Source: Thermoanaerobaculia bacterium (GTDB lineage Bacteria > Acidobacteriota > Thermoanaerobaculia > UBA5066). Taken from it: a stretch of 64,000 nt of DNA. The notes under the pieces are model-generated. The model was not told the origin of the DNA, did not search any database, and saw only the letters and a list, made by a program, of their open reading frames with translations. The DNA lies in contig CAWFJJ010000001.1 of the NCBI GenBank assembly GCA_963816185.1, forward strand, positions 632,464-696,463. The letters are read 5' to 3'. Every line of letters starts with the position of its first letter. The stretch's first letter is position 1. Below, piece after piece: positions 11,242 to 21,273 of this stretch. Position numbers and translations under genes: made by a program.

Positions 11242-11661
11242 TCAGTGGTCGTTCTTGATTTGGGCGAGGGTCACGAGCGCCGACACCTCGCGAATTTGCC
11301 GGACCTCGAGCCGGACTCCTCGACCCTCCGCATAACGGGGTGAGGCGTCGATTGCCTTCATGACGGAGCCCGGGAGCTTCCGTTCGTGCGCCGCGGCGAC
11401 GGCCTTCTCCCCGAGCGCGAAGGACACCAGGAAGTGTCCCTTGCGGGGAGTCATGTAGAGGAGGACGCGGTTCTTGCGCTTCAATCGAAGACCCCAGCCG
11501 GTGACGGCGCTCGTGAAGCCCCAGACCGTGGAAATTTTATCGATGCGGAAGGTGACGAGCTCGATGAGTCGGGCCCAGGCGTCGTGCGCCCTGCCGAGGA
11601 CCGCCCGGAGATCTTCCTCGGTGGGTCGAAGGGCCTTGTCGGCGAATGCGCTGAGGGCCAG
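11242..11661 (-). CDS. DUF3788-like protein, probable CTG start
   Basis: Open frame (M)ALSAFADK.LRPTEEDL..VLG…W…GW.LR.KRK.R.LLY.TP…RYAEGRGVRLEV; AAGGAG RBS precedes CTG at 11661; in-frame TGA 5 codons upstream. Confidence 0.75.
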   Translation of the reverse strand: MALSAFADKALRPTEEDLRAVLGRAHDAWARLIELVTFRIDKISTVWGFTSAVTGWGLRLKRKNRVLLYMTPRKGHFLVSFALGEKAVAAAHERKLPGSVMKAIDASPRYAEGRGVRLEVRQIREVSALVTLAQIKNDH

Positions 11662-11699
11662 AAAAGCTCCTTTTCAGTCCGTCTCCGTGAGGATGACGG

Positions 11700-12131
11700 T
11701 CAGGCGTGGTCGTACCGAAGGAGACCGTGATGTGAGATGAGCTTCCACTCGCCGTCCAGCGTCGTGTAGACCTTGCACGCTCTGCCCAGCCAGTGGAAAT
11801 CGGCGCCGGTGTGCGCGCGCCAGAGGGTGTCGACGTCCACGACGGCGAAGCCGGCGTCCTGCTCGGCGGAAACCTCGATCCTCACGATGTTGCGCCGGTT
11901 GTGAACGAGGGTGTGGGTGGCGAAGAGATCCGCCCAACCTTGCCTCCAACGCACGTGATCGAATCGACCAAGCTCGAGAACCCAGAGCGCGGGATCGTGC
12001 GCCATGTTGTTCGCGGGCCACGGCCAGACCATGTCCGGGTGGAAGATCGACATGAGAAGCGTGAGGTCCTGCGTGTCCCAGGCCCGGGTCTCGCGATCCA
12101 CGATCTCCTTGATGCGTTCACGTGCGTCCAC
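11700..12131 (-). CDS. NTF2/SnoaL-like fold protein
   Basis: VDRETRAWDTQD..LL.SIFHPDMVWPWP…AVVDVDTLW…GRACKVY…WKLISHHG; GTG start. Confidence 0.75.
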   Translation of the reverse strand: MDARERIKEIVDRETRAWDTQDLTLLMSIFHPDMVWPWPANNMAHDPALWVLELGRFDHVRWRQGWADLFATHTLVHNRRNIVRIEVSAEQDAGFAVVDVDTLWRAHTGADFHWLGRACKVYTTLDGEWKLISHHGLLRYDHA

Positions 12132-12630
12132 GGCGCGCTTTCCTGGCGAGGACGGGAACGAGGAGGAGGCAAACCAGGATGGCCAAGAACCAGTCGGAAT
12201 GCCGTGCCACCCGACGAAGCGCCGGCCACACGAACCCGGATGAGAAGAACGCGCGCGCGGCGGAATCGTTCGCGTGCTCCGCAAAGGCCACGCCTCCCAA
12301 CGCGTAAGTGAACGCGGCGGCGAGACCTCCGAGAGCCGCGTTTACCGCGATCGCCACGCCTCCCAGCGCCCAGTAGCCGACGGCGGCGCCGCCGAAAGCG
12401 ATCGCTCCGGCCGTGAGGCCGCCGATGGAGAGAAAGCCGAGAGCGAGGCCACCGAAGGCAAATCCGCCGACGGAGAGCCCTCCGAACGCGATCACGCCGA
12501 TCGCGATCGGGCCGACCGCGAGCCAACCCCGCGCAACAGGCCGCCCGGGAGGGCCGGCCGGGGCAGACCCGGGAATGACGACGTCGTAGAGCGGCAGGCC
12601 GAAAAGTGAAAGGGAGGACGTGTATCGCAT
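12118..12630 (-). CDS. Gly-rich membrane protein
   Basis: ARGWLAVGPIAIG followed by repeated (A/S)(F/I/L)GG(L/A)A.G hydrophobic units. Confidence 0.75.
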   Translation of the reverse strand: MRYTSSLSLFGLPLYDVVIPGSAPAGPPGRPVARGWLAVGPIAIGVIAFGGLSVGGFAFGGLALGFLSIGGLTAGAIAFGGAAVGYWALGGVAIAVNAALGGLAAAFTYALGGVAFAEHANDSAARAFFSSGFVWPALRRVARHSDWFLAILVCLLLVPVLARKARRGRT

Positions 12631-12702
12631 GGGTCTCGCGTCGCTCCGCAGTTTACGCGGCCGTCCGCGGGTGAAAGCGTCGGGGGGATGACCGTTGGCG
12701 CT

Positions 12703-12966
12703 TTAGCGAGAGGAATCCCGCAGAACCGACAGAAAAGCCCCGACGAAAAGGGCCAGCCCAAGAAGAGCGACGCCGACCTCCCAGGTCTCTTTTCCCTCGA
12801 AGACGCTTCTTCCTCTGCCGGCGAATAGCCCGACGAAGAGGACGGCTCCGGCCCAGAGCAGCAGCAGGAACCGGAGCTTCCGTCCGATGCGACGGCGGAG
12901 GTCGGGGAAGAAGAGCAACACGAGCGGCGCCCCGACCACGAGGATCAGGAGCACCGAACGCTTCAC
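12703..12966 (-). CDS. small hypothetical membrane protein
   Basis: 87 aa with three hydrophobic segments, directly downstream of the permease. Confidence 0.65.
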   Translation of the reverse strand: MKRSVLLILVVGAPLVLLFFPDLRRRIGRKLRFLLLLWAGAVLFVGLFAGRGRSVFEGKETWEVGVALLGLALFVGAFLSVLRDSSR

Positions 12967-12973
12967 AATGCGC

Positions 12974-14482
12974 TCAGGAGTTGTCTCCGCGGGCTCGGGC
13001 CTGCTGGAGAACCGAGTGGTGCCGGCCGTAGCCGAAGTAAATGAAGAACCCGAGCGCCAGCCAGATGATGAGCCGCCACCAGTTCTCGGCGGGAAGGGAG
13101 AACATCAGGAGCGTGCAGGTGAGGATGCCGAGAATCGGCGTGAGGGGCACGAAGGGCACCCTGAACGGCCGTGGCGCCTCCGGGTTCGTGCGCCGCATGA
13201 TGAGAACGGCTGCGCAAACGACGACGAACGCGAAAAGTGTTCCGATGTTGACGAGCTCGGCCAGAACGCGCAGAGGCAGGAAGGACGCGAGAGTGGCCAC
13301 GAAGAGGCCGGTGACGATCGTCGCTTTCCAGGGAGTCCTGAACCTCTCGTGGATCGCGGCGAAAAAATTCGGGGGCATGAGGCCGTCGCGCGCCATCGCC
13401 AGGATGACGCGCGGCTGGCTGAGCATCATGACGAGGAGCACCGAGGTGATGCCCGAGAGAGCTCCGAGAGAGACCAGAAACTGCGCCCACGGCAGCCCAA
13501 CCTGCCGGAACGCGTCCGAGACGGGAGCGTCGATGTTGATCTTGTTGTAGGGAACCATGCCGGTGAGGACCGCCGCCACGGCGATGTAGAGAACCGTACA
13601 GAGGACGAGCGACGTCACGATGCCGATGGGAACGTCGCGCGTCGGGTTCTTGGCCTCCTCGGCGTGAGTCGATACCGAATCGAAGCCGATGTACGCGAAG
13701 AAGATCGTCGCCGCGCCCGCGAGCATGCCGAGAGGCTCGCCGCCCGCCCCGGTCTGCCCGAACAAGGTCTTTCCGAAGAAGCTCACGCCGGTGAGGCCGA
13801 AGGGAGCAAAGGGCTTCCAGTTTGCCGGGTTGACGTAGAAGGCGCCGACGATGATCACGAAGAAGACGATGATCAGCTTGACGATGACCATCGTCGCGTT
13901 GAAGCTGGCGCTTTCCCTGATCCCTTTCACGAGAATGGCCGTCACGAGGATCGTGATGATGAGAGCGGGAAGATCGAGCACCGTGCCGGTCGAGACGAAA
14001 TGCCCGAGATGGGGATCGTAATCGAACGGCGCCGTGGAGAACGCGTGGGGAAGCTTGACTCCCAGGATTCCTATGAAGTCCTGAAAGTAATGCGACCAGC
14101 CGTGCGCGACGGTGGCGGAACCGACGGCGTATTCGAGAATGAGGTCCCACCCGATGATCCAGGCGAGGAGCTCTCCCAGCGTTGCGTAGGCATAGGTGTA
14201 GGCAGAGCCCGCGACCGGCACCATCGAGGCGAATTCGGCGTAGCACAGCGCCGCGAAAATGCAGGCGATTCCGGCCGATACGAACGACAGCATCAGGGCG
14301 GGCCCGGTCTTGTCGTGGGCCGCCTGACCCGTAAGCACGAAGATGCCGGTGCCGATGATCGCGCCGACTCCGAGGCTCGTGAGCTGCACCGGTCCCAGGA
14401 TGCGACGCAGCCGGTTCTCTCCCTTCATCTCCTCCATGAGGCGTTCCATGGATTTCGTCGCAAAGAGCGGGTTCTGAGACAA
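12974..14482 (-). CDS. APC-family (cationic amino acid type) permease
   Basis: GVGAIIGTGIFVL, ALCYAEFASMVPVAGSAYTYAY, FFAYIGFD, AEEAKNP, AMARDGL; TTG start after GGGGGG RBS. Confidence 0.93.
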   Translation of the reverse strand: MSQNPLFATKSMERLMEEMKGENRLRRILGPVQLTSLGVGAIIGTGIFVLTGQAAHDKTGPALMLSFVSAGIACIFAALCYAEFASMVPVAGSAYTYAYATLGELLAWIIGWDLILEYAVGSATVAHGWSHYFQDFIGILGVKLPHAFSTAPFDYDPHLGHFVSTGTVLDLPALIITILVTAILVKGIRESASFNATMVIVKLIIVFFVIIVGAFYVNPANWKPFAPFGLTGVSFFGKTLFGQTGAGGEPLGMLAGAATIFFAYIGFDSVSTHAEEAKNPTRDVPIGIVTSLVLCTVLYIAVAAVLTGMVPYNKINIDAPVSDAFRQVGLPWAQFLVSLGALSGITSVLLVMMLSQPRVILAMARDGLMPPNFFAAIHERFRTPWKATIVTGLFVATLASFLPLRVLAELVNIGTLFAFVVVCAAVLIMRRTNPEAPRPFRVPFVPLTPILGILTCTLLMFSLPAENWWRLIIWLALGFFIYFGYGRHHSVLQQARARGDNS

Positions 14483-14574
14483 CGTTTCCCCCCTGTCCGC
14501 ACGGCGCGGCGCCGGAATGTTTCGCGGAACATACACCAGAGCCCGCTTAGAATGTCGACAAGAGGGGAGCAGGC

Positions 14575-15153
14575 ATGACGGTTTCTCATCCGCCGGCCCT
14601 CGCGCCGGGCGACATCGCGGACGAGTTCCGCTCTTCGGTCAAGGTCTACGGGGCGAAGACGCCGCTCGCGGGTGTGAAGATCCACCGACTCGCGCGGCAC
14701 GTGGACGACCGCGGATTCTTCCAGGAGATCTATCGCGTGCAGGCGGACCATTCGGGCAGCGAAGGCCTCGCCGAGTTCTTCCGCGACGTCGCCGTGGCCC
14801 AGATCAACTTCACGATCGTGAACGCCGAGAACCACGTCAAAGGCCTGCACTATCACCTCAAGCAGCAGGACGTGTGGTTCTGCCCGCACCCGTCGAAAGC
14901 GAAGTTCGTCCTGTTCGACGTGCGCAAGGGCTCGCCGACGTTCGGCGGGACGCAGGTCGTCGTGGCCGGGGACGGGCAGGACGTCCTCGTGCGCATCCCG
15001 GAGGGCGTCGCGCACGGCTATCGGCCGCTCACGAACCCCTGCGCGCTCTTTTACATCGTGACGCGCACGTTCGACGCGAAGGACCCCGACGAATGGCGCA
15101 TCCCCTGGGACCACCCCGCCGTGAAGGACCTCTGGGAAATCCCGAACGGCTGA
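14575..15153 (+). CDS. RmlC-like cupin (dTDP-4-dehydrorhamnose 3,5-epimerase family)
   Basis: DDRGFFQE, KGLHYH, DVRKGSPTFG, IPEGVAHGY. Confidence 0.88.
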   Translation: MTVSHPPALAPGDIADEFRSSVKVYGAKTPLAGVKIHRLARHVDDRGFFQEIYRVQADHSGSEGLAEFFRDVAVAQINFTIVNAENHVKGLHYHLKQQDVWFCPHPSKAKFVLFDVRKGSPTFGGTQVVVAGDGQDVLVRIPEGVAHGYRPLTNPCALFYIVTRTFDAKDPDEWRIPWDHPAVKDLWEIPNG

Positions 15154-15168
15154 TCGCCGTCGGACCTT

Positions 15169-15633
15169 TCAGCGCTTCTCGCGGACCGTCAGGACGGGCA
15201 CGGGGCAGAGACGCACGACGCGCTCGGCCGTGGAGCCGATGAGGAGCTTCTCGAGCGCGTTTCGGCCGTGCGTGCCGAGGACGACGAGCGACGCCTTCGT
15301 CTTCACGGCCGTTTCGACGATTGCGTCCGACGGGCGGCCCCACAGGAACTCGGACGTCGCGGAGACGCCGCGCTTCTCGGCGGAGGCGACGGCGGCCGTG
15401 AGGCGCTTTCTCGTCGCGTCCTCCCATTCCTTCTGCGTCGACACGTCGAGGTAAGGGAGCGCGCCCGCCACGTCGAAAGCCTGCACGGGCTCGACGAGGA
15501 CGTGCAGAAGGTGAATTTTTGCGCCCTGCGAGGCCGCGAGCGACACGGCAAACGAAAATGCCCGCGCGGCACAGACGGAGAAATCCGTTCCGACGAGGAT
15601 GTTCTTGAGGAAAGGCGCGGTTTTCTTCGACAT
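15169..15633 (-). CDS. universal stress protein
   Basis: NILVGTDFS…LVVLGTHGR…LIGSTAERVVR..PVPVLTV. Confidence 0.95.
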   Translation of the reverse strand: MSKKTAPFLKNILVGTDFSVCAARAFSFAVSLAASQGAKIHLLHVLVEPVQAFDVAGALPYLDVSTQKEWEDATRKRLTAAVASAEKRGVSATSEFLWGRPSDAIVETAVKTKASLVVLGTHGRNALEKLLIGSTAERVVRLCPVPVLTVREKR

Positions 15634-15638
15634 CGCAA

Positions 15639-16999
15639 TCACCTTTTCTGTCCGACGAGGCGCCTCTTCAGAACCGCGGCGGCGGCGGCGATCTCCTCGG
15701 ACGACGGCTTCAGGGGGAAGGACGCACCGCGGCGGTAGCGCGGAATCCCGTCCACGAACGTCGCGACCACGTGCGAGCGGTCCATGCTGTAAACGATAGG
15801 CCCGTACGGGTCGTCGCGCCAGGTCGTCGGCTCGGCAAAACCCGAGCCCGGGTCCAGGAGCAGGAGATCGGCCCGCCGCCCTGGTTCGAGCGTGCCGGTC
15901 GGGGAGAGACGAGCGCCGAGGCGCCTTCGGCCGTCGCCATCCGGACGACGTCCCACGCGGAGAGCGCGCCGGGGCCGAGCCGGACTTTCGGGAGCAGCGC
16001 GGCGAGCCGCATCTCCGTGAACGCGTCGAGCCTGTCGTTGCACGGCGCCCCGTCCGCCCCGATCGTCACGGGGATGCCTTGTGCGCGGTATTCCGGCACG
16101 GGACAGATGCCCGAGGCGAGCTTGAGGTTCGAGGACGGGCAGTGCGCGACCGTCGTCCCGCGTGCGGCAAGGAGCGCGCGTTCGGCGTCGTCCGTGTGGA
16201 GGACGTGAGCGAGGACGACGTGCCTTCCGGAGATCCCGACGTCGTCGAGATAGGCCACGTTTCTCTTCCCGGTTCTCTGGAGGACGAGCGCGATCTCTTC
16301 GAGGTTCTCGGAAGCATGCGTGTGGACGAGAAAGCCGTTCGCCCGCGCCCGCGCGGCGACGCTTCTGAGGAGGCGGTCCGTGCACGAGACGGCGAAGCGG
16401 GGGCAATAAGCGACGCGCAGCTTGCCGCCCCCGGCGCCGTGCCATCTCTTCGCGAGGCGCGCCGTCTCCTCGAGAGCTTCGTCCATGCCCGCGCGGAGCT
16501 CGTCCGGGTTCGTCGCCGGGTCGTCCATGAGCGCGTTTCCGCTCGTGACCCGCACGCCCGAAGCGTCCGCCGCGCGGAACACGGCGTCCGTGTGGCGCAC
16601 GGTCCCCATGTCCAGGATCGCGGTCGTGCCGCCCGCGAGGAGCTCCGCGAGGCCGAGCCGCGCCGAGACCTCCAGCGTCGCCTCGTCGTGCGCCGCTTCG
16701 CCCGGCCAGACGTGCGTCCTCAGCCACGGGAGGAGCGGCAGGTCGTCCGGGCCGTTCCGGAGCAACGTCTGGCAGAGGTGGATGTGCGTTTGGACGAATC
16801 CCGGCAGGAGCCAGAGGCCGCGCGCGTCGAAACGCTCGAGAGGCCGCCCGGCCGCCGCGATCTCGTGCGCACGGCGCTCCGCGTCGCCGTGAAGAGCCGT
16901 GATCACGCCGTCCTCGGCGAGGAGATGCCCGCTTTCCGTCACGTCCGAAGGACGGGTCATCCCGATGACTCGAGCGTTCTCGACGAAAAGGGGGATCAC
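15639..16999 (-). CDS. metal-dependent amidohydrolase (MtaD / 5'-deoxyadenosine deaminase-like); frameshift near 15905
   Basis: PGFVQTHIHL, HTHASE, HCPSSNLKLASG, GADGAPCN; C-terminal GTLEPGRRADL is in another frame. Confidence 0.88.
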
Positions 17000-17017
17000 C
17001 CCGGGATTATCTTCTTC

Positions 17018-17530
17018 CTACGCGAGGATCGCCCCTTCGTGCGCGAGCAGCCAACGCTTCCGCGAAATCCCTCCGCCGTAGCCCGCGAGCTTGCCGTCTG
17101 ACGCGATGACGCGATGGCACGGCACGACGACCGAGACGGGATTTCGCGCGTTCGCACCCGCGACCGCGCGGACGGCGGAAGGCTTGCCGACGGCGCGCGC
17201 GAGCTGCGCGTACGACCAGGTCGTGCCAGGGGGAATGCGACGGAGGGCTTTCCAAACCTCTTCCTGAAAAGCAGTGCCATCCGTGTCGACGAGGACGTCG
17301 GCGAGTGCCTCGAGGTCGCCAGCGAAATATCGCCGCAAGGCGTCGGCTGCACCTCCGCCTTTCGGATTTTCTTCGAAGGAGATTTTCCCGAACCTCCGTA
17401 TGAGGTCCGCTTCCATCCCTTTCCAGCGATCTTTGTAGACGAGTCCGACGAGGGCGGTTCCGCGGCTCACCAGAACGACGGTGCCCGCGGGCGTGTCGAT
17501 TTCCGTGATGGAAAGCCGGGTGGGGTTCAT
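17018..17530 (-). CDS. ogt: methylated-DNA--protein-cysteine methyltransferase
   Basis: GTAFQ.EVW.AL..IP.G, RAVAGANARNP, active-site PCHRV. Confidence 0.95.
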   Translation of the reverse strand: MNPTRLSITEIDTPAGTVVLVSRGTALVGLVYKDRWKGMEADLIRRFGKISFEENPKGGGAADALRRYFAGDLEALADVLVDTDGTAFQEEVWKALRRIPPGTTWSYAQLARAVGKPSAVRAVAGANARNPVSVVVPCHRVIASDGKLAGYGGGISRKRWLLAHEGAILA

Positions 17531-19018
17531 TCAAGTCTCCTTTTTCGTGGCGGGAGTGGCAAGCGAGTTCCAAAGGTGCAACGTGGCATAAGCGCGGAAC
17601 GGGCTCCACGAGGCGGCACGCGCGCGGAACGCCGCCTCCTTCGCCGAAGCGCCCGCCGCCTCGAGCGCGCGGCGAAGTCCGAGGTCTCCAGCGGGGAAAG
17701 CGTCCGGCTCGCCGAAAGCGCGGAGCGCCACGTATTGCGCCGTCCACGGCCCGATTCCCCTCAGCGCGCAGAGTCGCTGCTCGAAGTCTTCCAGGCCGCG
17801 GGGAGCCGCGAGCTCGAGCTCTTTCGTGTGGACGGCGCGCGCGAGCTCGCAGATCGCCTTCGCGCGTGCGCCCGGGACGCCGATCCGGGACAAGTTCGCT
17901 GAGGCGAGGACGGCGGGCGCCGGAAAAACGTGCGTCAAGCCGTCCGCGCCTGCGCCAAGAAGCGGTCGCCCGAACGCCTCGACGAGCCGGCCCGCGAGCG
18001 TGCGCGCTCCGCGCACGGAAATCTGCTGGCCGAGAATCGCGCGGACGGCAATCTCGAAAGCGTCCCACGCGCCCGGGACACGGAGGCCGGGGCGGGCCGC
18101 GACGAGCGGCGCGAGAAGCGGATCCCGGCTCAAGACGCCGCCGATCGCAAGCGGATCCGCATCGACGTCGAAAATGCGTCCCGCGCGGCGCACGATCTCG
18201 AGGAGATCCCGCCCCGGAGCGAAATTCAGCGAAAGCTGCAGGAAGTCCTGCCCGGCGTCGTGTGAAACGTTCAGGACGCCCGCTCGTCCGCCACTTTCGA
18301 TCGTCCGGGAATACGCGTGACCGCGAATCGCCTCGACTCCCGGAAGGGCGCGTGCTTCGAGGAAAGAAAAAAGGGACGTCGCGTCGAATGGCGCGCGGAC
18401 AGGCAGCTTCAGCGTCAAGGCTCGCTCGGACGTTCCCGTCGCCGGCGCTCGTTCTTTCTCCCTCGCAGCGCGCCGCAGCTCGCGCGGCGGGCGATGAAAC
18501 GTCTCGCGGATTGCATCGTTGAACCGGCGCACGCTTTCGAAGCCGGCCGCGAACGCGACCTCCGCGATTGGAAGCGATGTCTCGTCCAGCAGCCGGCGCG
18601 CGAAATGGACGCGATGCGTGCGCTGGAGCGACGCGGGAGAAGCGCCGACATGTTCCGCGAAAAGCCGCCGCAAGTGGCGCGAGCCGAGTCCGAGGCGCTC
18701 GGAAAGAGCTTCAACGGATTCATGCCCGTTGCCGTCGAAAATCCTCTTCAATGCGCGCGAAACCGTCGCGGACGTCCCGTCCCAGACAGGGGAGCCGGGC
18801 GCAGTTTCAGGCCGGCAACGCCGGCAAGGCCGGAATCCGGCATCTTCCGCGGCGGCTGCGTAAGCGTAGAAACGCATGTTTTTCGGTTTCGGGAGAGGCG
18901 CGGGGCATCCGGGCCGGCAATAGACACGCGTCGTCACGACGGCGACGAAGAATCGGCCGGAAAAGCGGCTATCCCTGCTCAGGATGGCTTTGACGCGGGC
19001 GGCGTTCTCGAGGTCCAC
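17531..19018 (-). CDS. alkA: Ada-like regulator / DNA-3-methyladenine glycosylase fusion (AdaA-AlkA)
   Basis: Ada Zn site YCRPGC…GFRPCRRCRP, AraC HTH, AILGQQIS, HhH GIGPWTA.Y. Confidence 0.92.
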   Translation of the reverse strand: MDLENAARVKAILSRDSRFSGRFFVAVVTTRVYCRPGCPAPLPKPKNMRFYAYAAAAEDAGFRPCRRCRPETAPGSPVWDGTSATVSRALKRIFDGNGHESVEALSERLGLGSRHLRRLFAEHVGASPASLQRTHRVHFARRLLDETSLPIAEVAFAAGFESVRRFNDAIRETFHRPPRELRRAAREKERAPATGTSERALTLKLPVRAPFDATSLFSFLEARALPGVEAIRGHAYSRTIESGGRAGVLNVSHDAGQDFLQLSLNFAPGRDLLEIVRRAGRIFDVDADPLAIGGVLSRDPLLAPLVAARPGLRVPGAWDAFEIAVRAILGQQISVRGARTLAGRLVEAFGRPLLGAGADGLTHVFPAPAVLASANLSRIGVPGARAKAICELARAVHTKELELAAPRGLEDFEQRLCALRGIGPWTAQYVALRAFGEPDAFPAGDLGLRRALEAAGASAKEAAFRARAASWSPFRAYATLHLWNSLATPATKKET

Positions 19019-19095
19019 GCGGGGAATCTACTCCCGGGCGGGTAAGAAACTAGCCGTTTTCGGACATGGCTGTCTTTCTCCTCCCGGGCGAGGAA

Positions 19096-19729
19096 TCAAG
19101 GAGCTGGAGGTTCGGGAGGCGCCGGAGAATCCGGCAGGTCCGCGGCGGGGGCGCCGCCGAGGCCGATGCGGTCCGCAATCGGCACTTGCGCGGCAAGGAC
19201 GAGCGCGATGAGTTCGGGCACGGGCAGCGCCCCATTCTTCAGCGCCGCGCATCACGTAAGTCCGGTCCACGGAGCGTGCAAAAGATTTCTCCTTGAGCCG
19301 TTTCAGGACGGATTCAACGGGCACGTCCGCGATCTTCTTCGTCGGGCGGATGAGCGCGCACGCGCCCGCGAAACCCGTGAGCTCGTCCGCGGCAAGGATC
19401 GCTTTCTCCATCCGCGTTTTCCGCTCGATGTTCGTGTAGAACGCATGCCCGCCGACGGCCCGGATGATCTCTTCAGGCCAGCCGCGCTCTCTCAGGATCT
19501 CCATGCCGCGCCACACGTGATCCTGCTCCGTCGGGTATTTCTCGTAATCGAAATCGTGGAGCATCCCGACGAGCCCCCACGTCTCGATCTCCGCTGCGTC
19601 CGTCACGCCCGACCTTCGCGCAAGATGGCGCATCGTCGCCTCGACCGCGAGCGCGTGGCGGCGGAGCGGTTGCGATTGCGTGTATTCCGTCAGAATCGCC
19701 CAGGCAGCCTCGCGCGAAGGGGTCTTCAT
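19096..19729 (-). CDS. HD-domain phosphohydrolase-like protein; frameshift near 19230
   Basis: H.LAVEA.M, LHDFDYE, AADELTG, KRLKEKSFA; C-terminus LPVPELIALVL continues in the shifted frame. Confidence 0.85.
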
Positions 19730-19804
19730 GAATGCAATCCTCGCATCAGCGCCTTGCCGAAGAAAGTCCCATAAACAGGACTGTCTAGTCGTTAATACGA
19801 TTTC

Positions 19805-19822
19805 TGCACAGTTTATTGTGCA
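19805..19822. promoter_or_regulatory. palindromic operator candidate upstream of glnA (NtrC-box-like)
   Basis: TGCACA-GTTTAT-TGTGCA perfect 6-bp dyad in the AT-rich divergent intergenic region. Confidence 0.5.
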
Positions 19823-19913
19823 TTTCTCCTGATTTTAGTGGATGAATTTCATTTTTGATCTCAAAATCCGCACGGCGAAGACCAATTTCCGAAAGGAAGA
19901 AAGGGAAACCGAG

Positions 19914-21254
19914 ATGGGCATGAAGGCGGTCGAGATCCTCAAGGAGTGCGACAAACAAGGCGTGCGGTTCCTGCGTCTCCAATTCACGGACATCCTCGGA
20001 ATCATCAAGAACGTCGAAGTCCCCCGTTCGCAGTTCGAGAAAGCGCTCGACGGCGAGATCCAGTTCGACGGCTCTTCAATCGAGGGCTTCACGCGAATCG
20101 AGGAATCGGACATGGGTCTCGTGCCCGACCTCGATACGTTCCGCATCTTCCCGTGGCCGCACCCGAACGGGAAGGTCGCGCGACTCGTCTGCGACATCAT
20201 CGAGCCGGACGGCAAGGCCTTCGCCGGCTGCCCGCGCCAGACGCTGAAGCGTCAGATGGACAAGGCGAAGGCTCTCGGCTACACGCTCATGACCGGGCCC
20301 GAGGCGGAATTCTTCCTTTTCCGCCGTGATGCGAACGGCGACCCGATCGTCGACACGCATGACCAGGGCGGCTACTTCGACCTGACCCCCGTGGACCGCG
20401 GCGAAGAAGCGCGGCGCGACGTCGTCGTCGCGCTCGAGGCGATGGGCTTCGAGGTCGAGGCGGCGCATCACGAGGTCGCTCCCGGCCAGCACGAGATCGA
20501 CTTCAAGTACGGCGACGCGGTCACGACGGCGGACCAGGTCACGACGTTCAAGCTCATCGTGAAGAAGGTTGCGCTCGATCACGGCCTGCACGCGACGTTC
20601 ATGCCGAAACCGATTTTCGGCGTGAACGGTTCCGGCATGCACGTCCACCAATCCCTCGTCACGGGCTCCGGCGCGTCCATTAAGAACGCGTTCTTCGATT
20701 CGAAGGCGAAGTACGAGCTCTCGAGCGTCGCGATGAGCTACATCGGCGGCATCCTGAAGCACGCGCGCGCGATCGCCGCCGTCACGAATCCGCTCGTGAA
20801 CTCGTACAAACGGCTCGTGCCCGGATACGAGGCACCGGTGAACGTCGCATGGTCCGAGCGCAACCGCTCGCCGATGGTGCGCATTCCGGCGCGGCGCGGC
20901 ATGGGCACGCGTTGCGAAGTTCGGATGCCGGATCCCTCGTGCAACCCGTACCTCGCGTTCACCGTCATGCTCGCGGCGGGCCTCGACGGCATCAAGAACA
21001 AGCTCGACGCGGGCGAGCCCGTGAACCAGAACGTTTTCGAGATGTCGGCTCGCGAGAAGAAACGCCTGAAGATCGACGTTCTCCCCGGCAACCTCTCGGA
21101 AGCGCTCGACTGCCTCGAGAAGGACGACCTCCTCAAGAACGCGCTCGGCGAGCACGTCGTCGAGAAGTTCATCGAGGCCAAGCGCTCCGAGTGGCAGACG
21201 TACATCGCGTGCGTCCACCCCTGGGAAGTGGAACGCTATCTCCAGGCGTACTGA
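19914..21254 (+). CDS. glnA: glutamine synthetase type I
   Basis: FDGSSIEGF, HHEVAPGQHEIDF, ATFMPKP..GVNGSGMH, NSYKRLVPGYEAP, NPYLA. Confidence 0.97.
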   Translation: MGMKAVEILKECDKQGVRFLRLQFTDILGIIKNVEVPRSQFEKALDGEIQFDGSSIEGFTRIEESDMGLVPDLDTFRIFPWPHPNGKVARLVCDIIEPDGKAFAGCPRQTLKRQMDKAKALGYTLMTGPEAEFFLFRRDANGDPIVDTHDQGGYFDLTPVDRGEEARRDVVVALEAMGFEVEAAHHEVAPGQHEIDFKYGDAVTTADQVTTFKLIVKKVALDHGLHATFMPKPIFGVNGSGMHVHQSLVTGSGASIKNAFFDSKAKYELSSVAMSYIGGILKHARAIAAVTNPLVNSYKRLVPGYEAPVNVAWSERNRSPMVRIPARRGMGTRCEVRMPDPSCNPYLAFTVMLAAGLDGIKNKLDAGEPVNQNVFEMSAREKKRLKIDVLPGNLSEALDCLEKDDLLKNALGEHVVEKFIEAKRSEWQTYIACVHPWEVERYLQAY

Positions 21255-21273
21255 CGAGCCGTGGGACCCCGGT

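Noticed and set aside
17365-17382. Single motif-like copy GATTTTCTTCGAAGGAGA in ogt as a paired element
   Set aside because: No partner at about 77 bp; kept only as a possible solitary copy
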